This document shows, one piece after another, positions 9,448 through 18,693 of a stretch of 64,000 nt of DNA; within the stretch, counting starts at the first letter, position 1; each line of letters begins with the position of its first letter. The translations under genes and the position numbers were made by a program. The notes below the pieces were generated by a model that made no database searches, had not been told where the DNA came from, and was given only the letters and a program-made list of their open reading frames with translations. Source of the stretch: Candidatus Hodarchaeota archaeon (lineage in GTDB: Archaea; Asgardarchaeota; Lokiarchaeia; Sigyniarchaeales; SOKP01); NCBI GenBank assembly GCA_048886685.1, contig JBHLKM010000010.1:55946-119945 (forward strand), in the 5' to 3' direction.

Positions 9448-10104
9448 TTAAGTTGTGGTTATAGCAAAATCAAAATCCTCAGATTTATAAATCCTTATTC
9501 CCCTATCTTCGAACCCTAGTGATTTTAAAAAATTATATGATGCGTAATTATCAATATAAACTTCACTTCTTAATTCAATGATATTTTTTTTCTTAAAAAA
9601 TTCCCAAGCCGTAAGAGCCATGATTTTTCCCAGACCTTTTCTTTGAAAACGAGGAATTACACCCATTGCAACGATTATACCATATTCCTGTTTTGGTCCT
9701 TCAAAATCTAATATCATAAAGCCAGCATCTATTCCATAAACTCTGGCTATAAATATGATTAAATCAGGATCGTTATATAAATCTTTAACGTCATCTATAG
9801 TTAAAGCTCGAAAAGGTTCATGAGAGGTTAACCAAGCTCTATTATACAAGGTTATAAGATTTTCGAGATCATTTTCTTTCACTTCTCTTATTTTTGCTTG
9901 AATAATATTGCGTTCTACATTTTCTTTTAAAACAGTTTCTACTTCTTTGGTTATCTTGTTTAATGGTAACACCATTTGGATATATTTCATTTCAAAATCG
10001 AGATTTTCTTCAATACTTTCTAACTTTTCTAAATTTTTTGGATTTTTCTCTAAAGTCAAGAAATAATTTCTGATTTTTCCTCTTCTATCTTTTTTATCAA
10101 TCAT
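9448..10104 (-). CDS. GNAT family N-acetyltransferase
   Basis: VIPRFQRKGLGK and NYASYNFLKSLGF. Confidence 0.88.
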   Translation of the reverse strand: MIDKKDRRGKIRNYFLTLEKNPKNLEKLESIEENLDFEMKYIQMVLPLNKITKEVETVLKENVERNIIQAKIREVKENDLENLITLYNRAWLTSHEPFRALTIDDVKDLYNDPDLIIFIARVYGIDAGFMILDFEGPKQEYGIIVAMGVIPRFQRKGLGKIMALTAWEFFKKKNIIELRSEVYIDNYASYNFLKSLGFEDRGIRIYKSEDFDFAITTT

Positions 10105-10422
10105 TTTAATTTAGTATTTTATAAATTCTCGTATTTCATTTGTTGAGATTTTTTATTATTTTTCATTCTGTCCCTATTTATTTTTGATTCATTTTATATA
10201 AAATTATATCATAAATTTTCATTTAAAGAGAAATAACAAATCATTTCTTCTCTTAATATTTAGATCATTAATTATTAAGAATATTACATATAAATCAACT
10301 TTTGGTCATTGATTTTTATTTAAAGACTTAAATATAATCCTTTTATTATCTTTAATTGAAAAAAAAAAAAAGATAAGAATGTAAAAAAAATTATTTCAAT
10401 TAAAAAAAAGAAGTGATGAAAA

Positions 10423-11067
10423 ATGGAAGAAGTAAAAAATATCGAAAAATTGGCAAATGAGAATACAAATATAGCTAAAGACGAAAAGCTAAAAGCACAA
10501 GAAATGAAAAATTTAACAAAGCAAGAAGTAAAAAGAGCAAAAGCTAGAGAAATGTTAGTTAAAAATGAGCTTGAATTAGCAAAGATAAGAGAAAGATTAG
10601 CTGAGAAAAGTAAAAAGTTAGTAGAAAGAAAAGAAAAGGTAAAAAATCTTCTAAAATTTTCTGAGGCTACTTTAAAAGCTGAATTAAATCAAGCACGATA
10701 TAATGAAAAAGTTGCAGAGATTCAAAAAGACGTGGCTGAAATTCAACGAAAGATTGCTAATATCGAAACTGAAATTGTGGAGGTTAAAGTAAAACTAGCA
10801 AACATGAAACTTGATGAAGCCAAGGAAAGAGATAATCTAGCAAAAAAGCAATTCGCTTATGTAAAATTAGTAAATAAAAATGCCCCTGGTGAGAAAGTAA
10901 CAAAAGCTGAGGAAGCATACCTTAAACAACAAAAAGAATTGACTAAATTTGAAACTGATGCTATGCAAATAAATAAAAATCTCGTGGAAAAACAGAATAA
11001 ATTAGCTAATCTTAAAAAAGAACAATCGGAAAAATTAGCAGAAAGGGAAAAAATTCGACCGGAATAA
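10423..11067 (+). CDS. all-helical coiled-coil protein, paralog 1 of 3
   Basis: Strong heptads (VAEIQKD VAEIQRK IANIETE); homologous to 14947..15615 and 17047..17703. Confidence 0.85.
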   Translation: MEEVKNIEKLANENTNIAKDEKLKAQEMKNLTKQEVKRAKAREMLVKNELELAKIRERLAEKSKKLVERKEKVKNLLKFSEATLKAELNQARYNEKVAEIQKDVAEIQRKIANIETEIVEVKVKLANMKLDEAKERDNLAKKQFAYVKLVNKNAPGEKVTKAEEAYLKQQKELTKFETDAMQINKNLVEKQNKLANLKKEQSEKLAEREKIRPE

Positions 11068-11175
11068 ATCCTCTCAAAAATAAATAGAAAATATTTGCTT
11101 TTATTTCTTTTCAAAATATTAAAAAAGAATAGAGTGGAAAAAAAAATTTAAAAATAAAAATTAGTTCTTTTTATA

Positions 11176-11823
11176 ATGAATCCCGAGGATATAATTGTAT
11201 ACATTAGTTTAGGAGTTTCAATTGCAGTTCTTTTCTTTATAATCTGGGATCACATAAAAGATGATAGAATTTTAGCGCGTGAGGTTCAAGATTTTTATAG
11301 CGACATAGAAATGTTAATTTTTACTAATCTCCAAGTGAAATATTACGAAATACTTCAAACAAATCAGGGAGAAATGAGTGAACAAGAATTAAAAACCTTA
11401 GTAAAAAATAAAAATCGAGATGTCATCCAAAAAAACTATTTAAATACTAAAATCAGTCAAAATTTTAAGTTATATGCCCAGTATCTTGGATTAACTTACA
11501 ATAAGGAAAATAATACCTATTTAAATGGAACTATCTATGTTTTAAAAATTGATGGTGCTCTATTAAAAAGAAACATCGAATCTAATACTGAAGAAATAAT
11601 AGTTACATTATATACAGAAATCAAACCTCAGCAGATTTCAGAATTAAATGTGTATCTTAATAGTCTACGCTTTTATTGGAAAAAAAAATATTATAAAGCT
11701 ATTTTTCGACCTCATTTACATCAAACAATAATTTTTGAGGATTTACTCGGATACATAAAACCTTTAGAACAAAAAAAGCAAAAATATTTCAGTATAGTTC
11801 GAAGAAAGGGAAGTAGAATATAA
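11176..11823 (+). CDS. hypothetical protein with N-terminal TM anchor
   Basis: 215-aa ORF with one hydrophobic N-terminal helix. Confidence 0.7.
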   Translation: MNPEDIIVYISLGVSIAVLFFIIWDHIKDDRILAREVQDFYSDIEMLIFTNLQVKYYEILQTNQGEMSEQELKTLVKNKNRDVIQKNYLNTKISQNFKLYAQYLGLTYNKENNTYLNGTIYVLKIDGALLKRNIESNTEEIIVTLYTEIKPQQISELNVYLNSLRFYWKKKYYKAIFRPHLHQTIIFEDLLGYIKPLEQKKQKYFSIVRRKGSRI

Positions 11824-11862
11824 TTATAAAAAACTCATAAAAAAGTTCTATCCCTATCACTC

Positions 11863-12786
11863 TTACGAAATTTTATATTTATAAATAATATCATAGACAT
11901 CCTTTGCAAATTTTGGTTGAAAATCAAATATTTTTTGTGAATTAAATGTTAATAACCGAAATTTAACAATTATGCTTATATTATAATCAACAATATCAAA
12001 TTGAGGTCTAATTCGAAAAATATTTTTTTGATTGTATAATTCACAAAGTTGTGTTATTTGATTAATAATTACTTGAAATCCTCTATAGGGAAAGGCCATT
12101 CTAAATGTATAGTTGAATAATTTTGGATAGTATTTAGTTGTAAAGGAGTCATAAGCTCTTTTTAAATTCTTTTCAAATTCCTTTCTAGATTTCAAATTAT
12201 CTACGAGTAAATCTTTAAATCCTATATCTTGAGGTGCTAAAATCTTACTCTTAAAATCATCAAAAGTCTTCTTTTTTCCTAATTTGATTGTATAATTGAC
12301 GATCTTAGACGTAAGAACTTGAGTATTTGATTTTTCAATTATTAGATTGTCAAATGTTTCTAATTTCACCTTGGTTAAATTTATTGCTCGAATTATTCCT
12401 TTATCTCCTTCAATTTTGACTAAATCATTGACTTCAAAAGGTCTTGTTAACATTATCACAATACCTGAAATAAAATTTGCAAATATACCACTTGAAGCAA
12501 AAGCTATTGCAGTACTAATTGCTCCTGTAAGTACAGCAGTGTAGGTTGGGTCAATTTTGGATATAATAGGAAAACCCTCAATGATAAAGAACACAATGAT
12601 AAGAACCGTAATGATTTTTAAAGCAAAATTAAAAATAATTTTTTGTTTTAAGGGTATTTTTGTACTTTTACTAAATATCCTAGAGATTAATTTGTTTAAT
12701 AAATATAAACTAATACCTATAATTAAGATGTATACCAATGCTTCCAAATCTGAACTAAAAATTGCCATTTTTAACTTTTCCCTCAT
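11863..12786 (-). CDS. mscS: MscS-family mechanosensitive channel
   Basis: 3 TM helices then FANFISGIVIMLTRPFEVNDLVKIEGDKGIIRAINLTKVKLETFDN. True start may be the ATG at 12768. Confidence 0.85.
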   Translation of the reverse strand: MREKLKMAIFSSDLEALVYILIIGISLYLLNKLISRIFSKSTKIPLKQKIIFNFALKIITVLIIVFFIIEGFPIISKIDPTYTAVLTGAISTAIAFASSGIFANFISGIVIMLTRPFEVNDLVKIEGDKGIIRAINLTKVKLETFDNLIIEKSNTQVLTSKIVNYTIKLGKKKTFDDFKSKILAPQDIGFKDLLVDNLKSRKEFEKNLKRAYDSFTTKYYPKLFNYTFRMAFPYRGFQVIINQITQLCELYNQKNIFRIRPQFDIVDYNISIIVKFRLLTFNSQKIFDFQPKFAKDVYDIIYKYKIS

Positions 12787-13672
12787 CTAATTCATTGACA
12801 TTCAAACCATAATTTATTTCCTTTTCATAGATCTTATAAAGAATTTCTTTTATTAACGGGTCAGTATAGGTTAAAATTAAGTTTGGATCCTCAGTAATAA
12901 TTTGTATTGTAATACTTAATCTGTTAACGATACCACTGACTGTATTATTAGCATAAAAATATGGTTTTGTTCCAAAAATGGGTTCATACTTCTTAAAAAT
13001 GGGATTTAATAGTGTTTCAAGTTTTTCTGAATCCACTGAACCTAGAAGTTCAACTACTTTAATGTATCGTGTTATTTTTTTTTCGTGTGTTATTATTTTT
13101 CTTAATTTTTTAACCACTTCTGAAATTTCTATTTTCGTTTCTTTTTTAATAGGGATATGAGTATAACGAACTACTGATGAATTGAAGGCAGTCTTATTTG
13201 GAATATAAGTAATAGATCCATCAAAATCTAATAATTTCAGATTATTTAACGTAATTTCCTTTACAATTCCATCAACTTGATTAATTCTGACTAAATCGCC
13301 AGCCTCGAAACCTTCTGATGATAAAAGCATCACTCCTGATGCGATATTGTTTATTATATTTTGAAAAGTGAGAGAGATTGCGACCACCAGAAAAGAAATA
13401 ATCGCTACAAAATAAATTGGTGAAATAATAAAAATTAACCAAAATGGAAATAATAGCCATATTACATTTATAATTATCATAATTATATAACGAATGAGAA
13501 GAGTTTTAATCAAACTCTGAAGTACATCAATTAAAATCGATCTTAGGACATAGGCTACCAAATTCAGAATTAATACATTTAATAATAATTGTTCAAATCC
13601 AAAAAAAATATAAATCACAACAATTGTGCTTATAAATATCATCCATACAGCGATTTTATAAACCCTTTTCAT
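12755..13672 (-). CDS. mscS: MscS-family mechanosensitive channel
   Basis: FQNIINNIASGVMLLSSEGFEAGDLVRINQVDGIVKEITL...DGSITYIPN. Confidence 0.85.
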   Translation of the reverse strand: MKRVYKIAVWMIFISTIVVIYIFFGFEQLLLNVLILNLVAYVLRSILIDVLQSLIKTLLIRYIIMIIINVIWLLFPFWLIFIISPIYFVAIISFLVVAISLTFQNIINNIASGVMLLSSEGFEAGDLVRINQVDGIVKEITLNNLKLLDFDGSITYIPNKTAFNSSVVRYTHIPIKKETKIEISEVVKKLRKIITHEKKITRYIKVVELLGSVDSEKLETLLNPIFKKYEPIFGTKPYFYANNTVSGIVNRLSITIQIITEDPNLILTYTDPLIKEILYKIYEKEINYGLNVNELDEGKVKNGNF

Positions 13673-13816
13673 AAGAAAGCCCTTATGTCTACTGAAATTA
13701 TAATTCTAAGCATTATATGTTTAATTTAAAAAAGATTAAGAAAACTTTAATTTTAAAAGTTGGCTTAATAAATTATTGTCATTAAAATTCTTTATTATTA
13801 ATTGATGTGAGATAAT

Positions 13817-14905
13817 TTGAAGAGGTTCTCTCGACCTTTCCGGAGGGTCATTCCTTCAATTAAAAGAAAAAAGAAGGTTGGTCTTCCACCGGGAACTCTT
13901 ATTTATACAGGCGATAAAAAAAAAGAAAAAACTAAAATTAAGGTAATAGAATATAGTGAGGATCATTATACTTACCAAGAATTTGCAGATATTCAGATTG
14001 ATCTTACTAAAATTGAAAAACCTTTAATTAAATGGATTGATATATATGGTCTTGCACAAGTAGAAGTTGTTGATGAAATTGGTCGTCAATTTAATCTACA
14101 TCCTCTTGTTTTAGAAGATATTTTAAGTCCAAATCAACGACCTAAACTAGAAGATTATGGAAATTATATTTTTGCAGTGTTTAATAAATTAAATTGGAAT
14201 GCTGAAGAAGAAGATTTTGAATATGAACAAGTCAGTTTGGTTTTAGGAGAAAATTATGTAATATCATTTCAAGAGCGTGATACTAGACTCTTTAATCCGA
14301 TTTATGAAAGAATTTATGTTCCAAAGGGAAGAGTTCGACTAATGGGTAGCGATTATTTATTTTATGTTTTAATCGATATTATCATTGATAATTATTTTGT
14401 TGTTTTGGAAAAAGTAGGTGAGGATATAGAAGATATTGAGGATATTTTAATAAAGAATCCTGAGCCTGAAACATTGCAACTTATCTACAAATTAAAAAGA
14501 TCTTCTATTGAGTTGAGGAAATCAATTTGGCCAATTAGGGAAGTGATTAATAAACTCCAACGTGAACAATCGAACCTGATTAGCAATGATTTGCAGATTT
14601 ATTTAAGAGATATATATGATCATATTTTCAGGATTAGTGATCTTTTGGAAAATTATCGGGATATTATTTTTGGAATGCTAGATATGTATCTTTCAAGTGT
14701 TAGTAATAAAATGAATGATATTATGAAAGTATTAACTATAATCTCTACAATTTTTATTCCACTATCATTTTTAGGGGGTTTTTATGGAATGAATTTTATC
14801 ATATATCAGAGTTTTCAATATGATTTGTTTATAATAGTCATAATTATGATGAGTTCTATCGCCACTTTGATGATTTTATTTTTCAAAAGGAAGAAATGGA
14901 TTTAG
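13817..14905 (+). CDS. corA: magnesium/cobalt transporter CorA
   Basis: GLPPGTLIYTG, LHPLVLEDI...QRPKLE, GFYGMNF. Confidence 0.96.
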   Translation: MKRFSRPFRRVIPSIKRKKKVGLPPGTLIYTGDKKKEKTKIKVIEYSEDHYTYQEFADIQIDLTKIEKPLIKWIDIYGLAQVEVVDEIGRQFNLHPLVLEDILSPNQRPKLEDYGNYIFAVFNKLNWNAEEEDFEYEQVSLVLGENYVISFQERDTRLFNPIYERIYVPKGRVRLMGSDYLFYVLIDIIIDNYFVVLEKVGEDIEDIEDILIKNPEPETLQLIYKLKRSSIELRKSIWPIREVINKLQREQSNLISNDLQIYLRDIYDHIFRISDLLENYRDIIFGMLDMYLSSVSNKMNDIMKVLTIISTIFIPLSFLGGFYGMNFIIYQSFQYDLFIIVIIMMSSIATLMILFFKRKKWI

Positions 14906-14946
14906 AAGTAAAATAAATTTAAAGATATAATTTCAGAGTTTAAAGT

Positions 14947-15615
14947 TCATTCTGCAAGAATGACTCCAGGATGTCTAATTTTTTCTCTTTCTGCGAGTTT
15001 CAATGAAAATTCCTTTTTTAAATCAGCTAGTTTATTTTCTTTTTTTCTTATATCCTTTTCCTTTTCTAAAACATCATTTTTCTGTTTTATTAGCCTCTTC
15101 TTTTCGGTTTCAGCATCATTTTTAACTTTTGAAAGTTTGTCTTCTGAGGTGGGTGCTTTAGCGATTTTTAAATATGCTAATTGCTTATTAGCTAATTTAT
15201 CTCGTGCTTTTGCAACATCTAATTTTTCATTGGCTAATTTTAATTTTTCCTCAGCAATTTGTCTTTCTACTAAAGCAATTTTTTTATTTATTTCAGCTAT
15301 TTCCTTTTGATTTTTTGCAATCTGTTCATTATAAATTGCATAATTATTTTCAATTTTAAGTTCTTCATCAGAAAAATCCAAAATATTTTTTTTTTTAATT
15401 TCAGATTTTGTCTTCGCTAAGATCCTTCTTTTTTCCGCAAGATCTTTTTTTTTCTCTGACAATTCAAATTCAATCTTAAACAATTTTTCTCTAGCTTTTG
15501 ATTTTTTAATTTCAACTATCGCATTAATTTTAGATTTTTGTGCGAGTTCTTTCTCATATTGTGCAATTTTAGAATTTTGCTGAGCTTCTTTCTCAATATT
15601 ACTTAAATTATTCAT
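14947..15615 (-). CDS. all-helical coiled-coil protein, paralog 2 of 3
   Basis: Shares KAREKL, YNEQIA, LANKQLAY and KLAEREKIR with the other two copies. Confidence 0.85.
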   Translation of the reverse strand: MNNLSNIEKEAQQNSKIAQYEKELAQKSKINAIVEIKKSKAREKLFKIEFELSEKKKDLAEKRRILAKTKSEIKKKNILDFSDEELKIENNYAIYNEQIAKNQKEIAEINKKIALVERQIAEEKLKLANEKLDVAKARDKLANKQLAYLKIAKAPTSEDKLSKVKNDAETEKKRLIKQKNDVLEKEKDIRKKENKLADLKKEFSLKLAEREKIRHPGVILAE

Positions 15616-15785
15616 TTCTTTTCACCATTAAAAATTGAGTTAATTAATTGAATTTAGTTACACTTTTTAGCTAGGAGAGATATTATTTAAATTTACCATA
15701 ATTTTTCATCTCTCAACTTTACTTTTTTTATAGAATTTTTAAAAAAATAAAACGATTTAGAATATCATATTTATAATTAAGATTT

Positions 15786-15977
15786 TTATCTTCTCTCCGT
15801 AATCACACTTATTTCTGAAATGGGAATATAAGAAATATTCTCATTTTTATCTTCTAATAATACAATGTCGAATTCATTTATAGATTTGATTCTTCCCGTA
15901 AATTCTTTACCAATCTCTTTAATGTAGATATAAACAAAATTATCGATTAAATCATCAAAAATTTTTCTTGGAATCAT
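15786..15977 (-). CDS. small Sm/LSm/Hfq-like fold protein
   Basis: 63 aa; LIDNFVYIYIKEIGKEFTGRIKSINEFDIVLL...YIPISEISVI fits the Sm1/Sm2 strand pattern; GAGAGGGG SD-like motif upstream. Confidence 0.65.
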   Translation of the reverse strand: MIPRKIFDDLIDNFVYIYIKEIGKEFTGRIKSINEFDIVLLEDKNENISYIPISEISVITERR

Positions 15978-16047
15978 TTTTCTTGATTTCCCCTCTCTTC
16001 TTTTATTTTAAATTTTATTCGATTAATTTATACATCAGTTTCTTTTT

Positions 16048-16617
16048 TTATTTAAGTTTAAATTCTAGATGAATTAAATTAGAGGTTTTTTCTTCCATTT
16101 TTGTTGTATATTCTAATTCAAAATATTCAGATAAAAGAGATTTATAAAATTTTGAGAAAAAATTTGAATAAACCTCATCCATCTCATGTAATCCCCTAAA
16201 AATAAAAGAATTTTCCCGAACTTGAATATCAAGGGTATTGAACCATTTTAATCCATTTTTACCGAAAAAATTAATTAAAAAAGCTGTATATGACTTAAAG
16301 GTATCTTCATTCATTGGTTTCGCCGTTGAGAATTTCATAATATCGGAAAATAGATCAGCAAAATCTTTTGCTATAATATCTAAAGATAAGTCGTCTAATT
16401 TGGATAGAATTTTGGAAAAAATTGACTTAGAAATCATAATCATTTCGTTAGTTTGATTCAACAATTCTAGATTAAGCCATTGTTCAATTGCATCTTTTGC
16501 AACTAGCCCCCGTGTCTTATTCTCTTGTTTAGCAATTAGTTCCAATTTATTTATTATTTCTTCTGAAAGCCTAAATCCGAGAAAATTGCTTTTTTTTTTG
16601 GGAGGTTTTTTCGTCAT
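16048..16617 (-). CDS. ribbon-helix-helix transcription regulator with C-terminal ligand-binding-like domain
   Basis: FLGFRLSEEIINKLELIAKQENKTRGLVAKDAIEQWL fits an RHH pattern. Confidence 0.75.
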   Translation of the reverse strand: MTKKPPKKKSNFLGFRLSEEIINKLELIAKQENKTRGLVAKDAIEQWLNLELLNQTNEMIMISKSIFSKILSKLDDLSLDIIAKDFADLFSDIMKFSTAKPMNEDTFKSYTAFLINFFGKNGLKWFNTLDIQVRENSFIFRGLHEMDEVYSNFFSKFYKSLLSEYFELEYTTKMEEKTSNLIHLEFKLK

Positions 16618-16668
16618 ATTAAGTTGTAGTTTATTATTTTAGTAAGACTCATCTTTTTATATCTAATA

Positions 16669-16744
16669 ATGATATCAAAGTATATAAAGTTGTCGGATCG
16701 ATTTATTGTTATCAAATGAAAACATTTAAATACTATGATATCAT
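16669..16744. promoter_or_regulatory. divergent promoters with three TGATATCA-type palindromic boxes (16670-77, 16707-14 imperfect, 16736-43)
   Basis: The outer boxes lie directly downstream of TATA-like TTTAAATA (+, 16725-32) and CTTTATATA (-, 16681-89). Confidence 0.65.
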
Positions 16745-16789
16745 TATGGAATTATAAAAATCAACTACTAAAATAAAGGAGAAAAAGAA

Positions 16790-16966
16790 ATGAAAGGAGA
16801 CCCCAAAACAAAGAAGAAGAAATATGATTATGAATATGATGATTACAATGATGAAGATGAGGAAGAGAATTTAGATGATGTTTATGAGGAAGAAGATAAC
16901 TGGGATTATGAGGAGGAAGATGAGGAGGAAGAAGAATTAGAGGTTTACGATGAAATTTACAGTTAG
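16790..16966 (+). CDS. 58-aa polyacidic, Tyr-rich peptide (not in ORF track)
   Basis: MKGDPKTKKKKYDYEYDDYNDEDEEENLDDVYEEEDNWDYEEEDEEEEELEVYDEIYS; SD AGGAGA at 16777-82; 30 of 58 residues are D/E. Confidence 0.75.
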   Translation: MKGDPKTKKKKYDYEYDDYNDEDEEENLDDVYEEEDNWDYEEEDEEEEELEVYDEIYS

Positions 16967-17046
16967 TCTAAATAAATTAGTAAATAGATATACTTTTTTA
17001 AAAAAAAAAGTTAGATCTAAAAAAAAAATAAAATGAGTTGATATAT

Positions 17047-17703
17047 ATGGAAGATACCAAAAGTATTGAAAAATTAGCTGAAGAAAATTCGAATCTAGCA
17101 AAGATGGAAAAAGATTCAGGAAGCGAACTGAAAACCTTAGCTAAACAAGTACTAAAAAGGGCTAAGGCTAGGGAGATGCTCGCTAAGAATGAAATAGAAT
17201 TAGCAAAAATACGAGAGAGATTAGCTGAGAAGACTAAGAAATTAGTTGAAAGGAAAGAAAAAGTAAAAAATCTTTTAAAATTTGGAGAGGAAATTTTAAA
17301 ATCAGAGAAAGCTCAAGCGATTTATAATGAAAAAGTTGCAGAAATTCAAACAAAGATTGCACAAACTCAGGAAAAGATTGCGAATGTTGAAACTGAAATA
17401 GCCGAAGTAAAAGTAAAACTTGCTAACAAAAAGGTTGATGAAGCTAAAGAAAGAGGGAATCTAGCAAATAAACAATTAGCTTATGTAAAATTAGTAAATA
17501 CTAAGGCTCCTGATGAAAAAATTTCTAAAGCAGAGGAAGCATATCTTAAGGTTCAGAAAGGTTTAAATAAACTTGAAACTGAAGCAATGGAAATAAATAA
17601 AAATATAGTTGAAAAACAGGATAAATTAGCTGATCTTAAGAAAGAGCTCTCAGAAAAATTAGCTCAGCGTGAAAAAGTCAGACCTACAGAAATGACTTCC
17701 TAA
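17047..17703 (+). CDS. all-helical coiled-coil protein, paralog 3 of 3
   Basis: Closely similar to 10423..11067 (KRAKAREMLAKNEIELAKIRERLAEK); the ATG at 17047 aligns with the paralog start. Confidence 0.85.
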   Translation: MEDTKSIEKLAEENSNLAKMEKDSGSELKTLAKQVLKRAKAREMLAKNEIELAKIRERLAEKTKKLVERKEKVKNLLKFGEEILKSEKAQAIYNEKVAEIQTKIAQTQEKIANVETEIAEVKVKLANKKVDEAKERGNLANKQLAYVKLVNTKAPDEKISKAEEAYLKVQKGLNKLETEAMEINKNIVEKQDKLADLKKELSEKLAQREKVRPTEMTS

Positions 17704-17820
17704 AAAACAATTTAAATAAGAAAACTAAGCCACTTTTTTTTTTAAATCTTTAATTTGAAATAATATCAAATAAGGACAGGATTTGGAAGAAGTATTGTTA
17801 ATATAATTGAAAATAAAAAG

Positions 17821-18033
17821 GTGGATCAACTTATAATGGTAAATTCCTTAATGTTTTTAATTTTACTTTCAATAGGGCTATTGATGTCTTCTTATATCAT
17901 AGGTATCATAGGAATTATCATAAATTTGAAAAAAAAACCATATCAATACTTCATATTCATTATTTTCATCAGCATTACTACGATTTTATTAATTCCTATA
18001 ATATTTGGATTAATCGAAGATTTAAATATATAA
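17821..18033 (+). CDS. small 2-TM membrane protein
   Basis: Two hydrophobic segments separated by KKKP. Confidence 0.5.
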   Translation: MDQLIMVNSLMFLILLSIGLLMSSYIIGIIGIIINLKKKPYQYFIFIIFISITTILLIPIIFGLIEDLNI

Positions 18034-18053
18034 TTTTTGTAATTTAAATAAAC

Positions 18054-18671
18054 CTATTTATGGCTTTTATGTATTTTTTCTTTTAATTGTTCGATTTCGA
18101 TATCTCTTTTTTCTATTTCATGGTTTAAATCTCCGCATTCAAGATCTAGATCATCTAATTTTTTAGTAATCTCTTTTATATCACCTTCAATTGTTCCTTC
18201 ATCAATTTCTTTTAATTCTTTACCAAATTTTTCAATTTTTTCTTTTTTTTCATGTAGTAATTCTTTTAAATGTTTAACTTCTTCTTCTTTTGCTATTATC
18301 TCTTGTATTATCAGTTCTCCTTCATCCATATCGATTAATTCTTCAATTCTGGTCATATATCTTTTTATTGCAGTCAATTTTAATTCTTTTTCTTCTTCTT
18401 TCTTGAAAAATAACGCAATATTACTATCTTCGCCAAGTTTCAAAATAATAATAGACATATCATCAGTTTCAAAAATTATTTTATTGTAATCTTCAAAAGT
18501 GAAATTGCAAATTTCATAAAGTCTTCTTATATGATTCAAGACTTCTGCTAAATTTTCACCCAATTTCGGTATATTAATATCTTGTTCAAATGTAGTTTGA
18601 AAAATAGTGCCATTATTATAAAACATAACAACATGTTTGACTTCAGGTAATGCTGCTTTTATTCGTTGCAC
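18054..18671 (-). CDS. roadblock/longin-like N-terminal domain fused to an acidic coiled coil
   Basis: VKHVVMFYNNGTIFQTTF...YNKIIFETDDMSIIILKLGEDSNIALFF fits roadblock/profilin-like topology; E/K-rich heptads follow. Confidence 0.65.
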   Translation of the reverse strand: MQRIKAALPEVKHVVMFYNNGTIFQTTFEQDINIPKLGENLAEVLNHIRRLYEICNFTFEDYNKIIFETDDMSIIILKLGEDSNIALFFKKEEEKELKLTAIKRYMTRIEELIDMDEGELIIQEIIAKEEEVKHLKELLHEKKEKIEKFGKELKEIDEGTIEGDIKEITKKLDDLDLECGDLNHEIEKRDIEIEQLKEKIHKSHK

Positions 18672-18693
18672 ATTTTTGAATACTATCTCTTGA

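Noticed and set aside
10423-17703. Coiled-coil triplet as a tripartite pore-forming toxin or PspA/ESCRT-III
   Set aside because: No hydrophobic hairpin or signal peptide; the helix layout lacks the short C-terminal helices and acidic tail of ESCRT-III. Not fully excluded without structure prediction.
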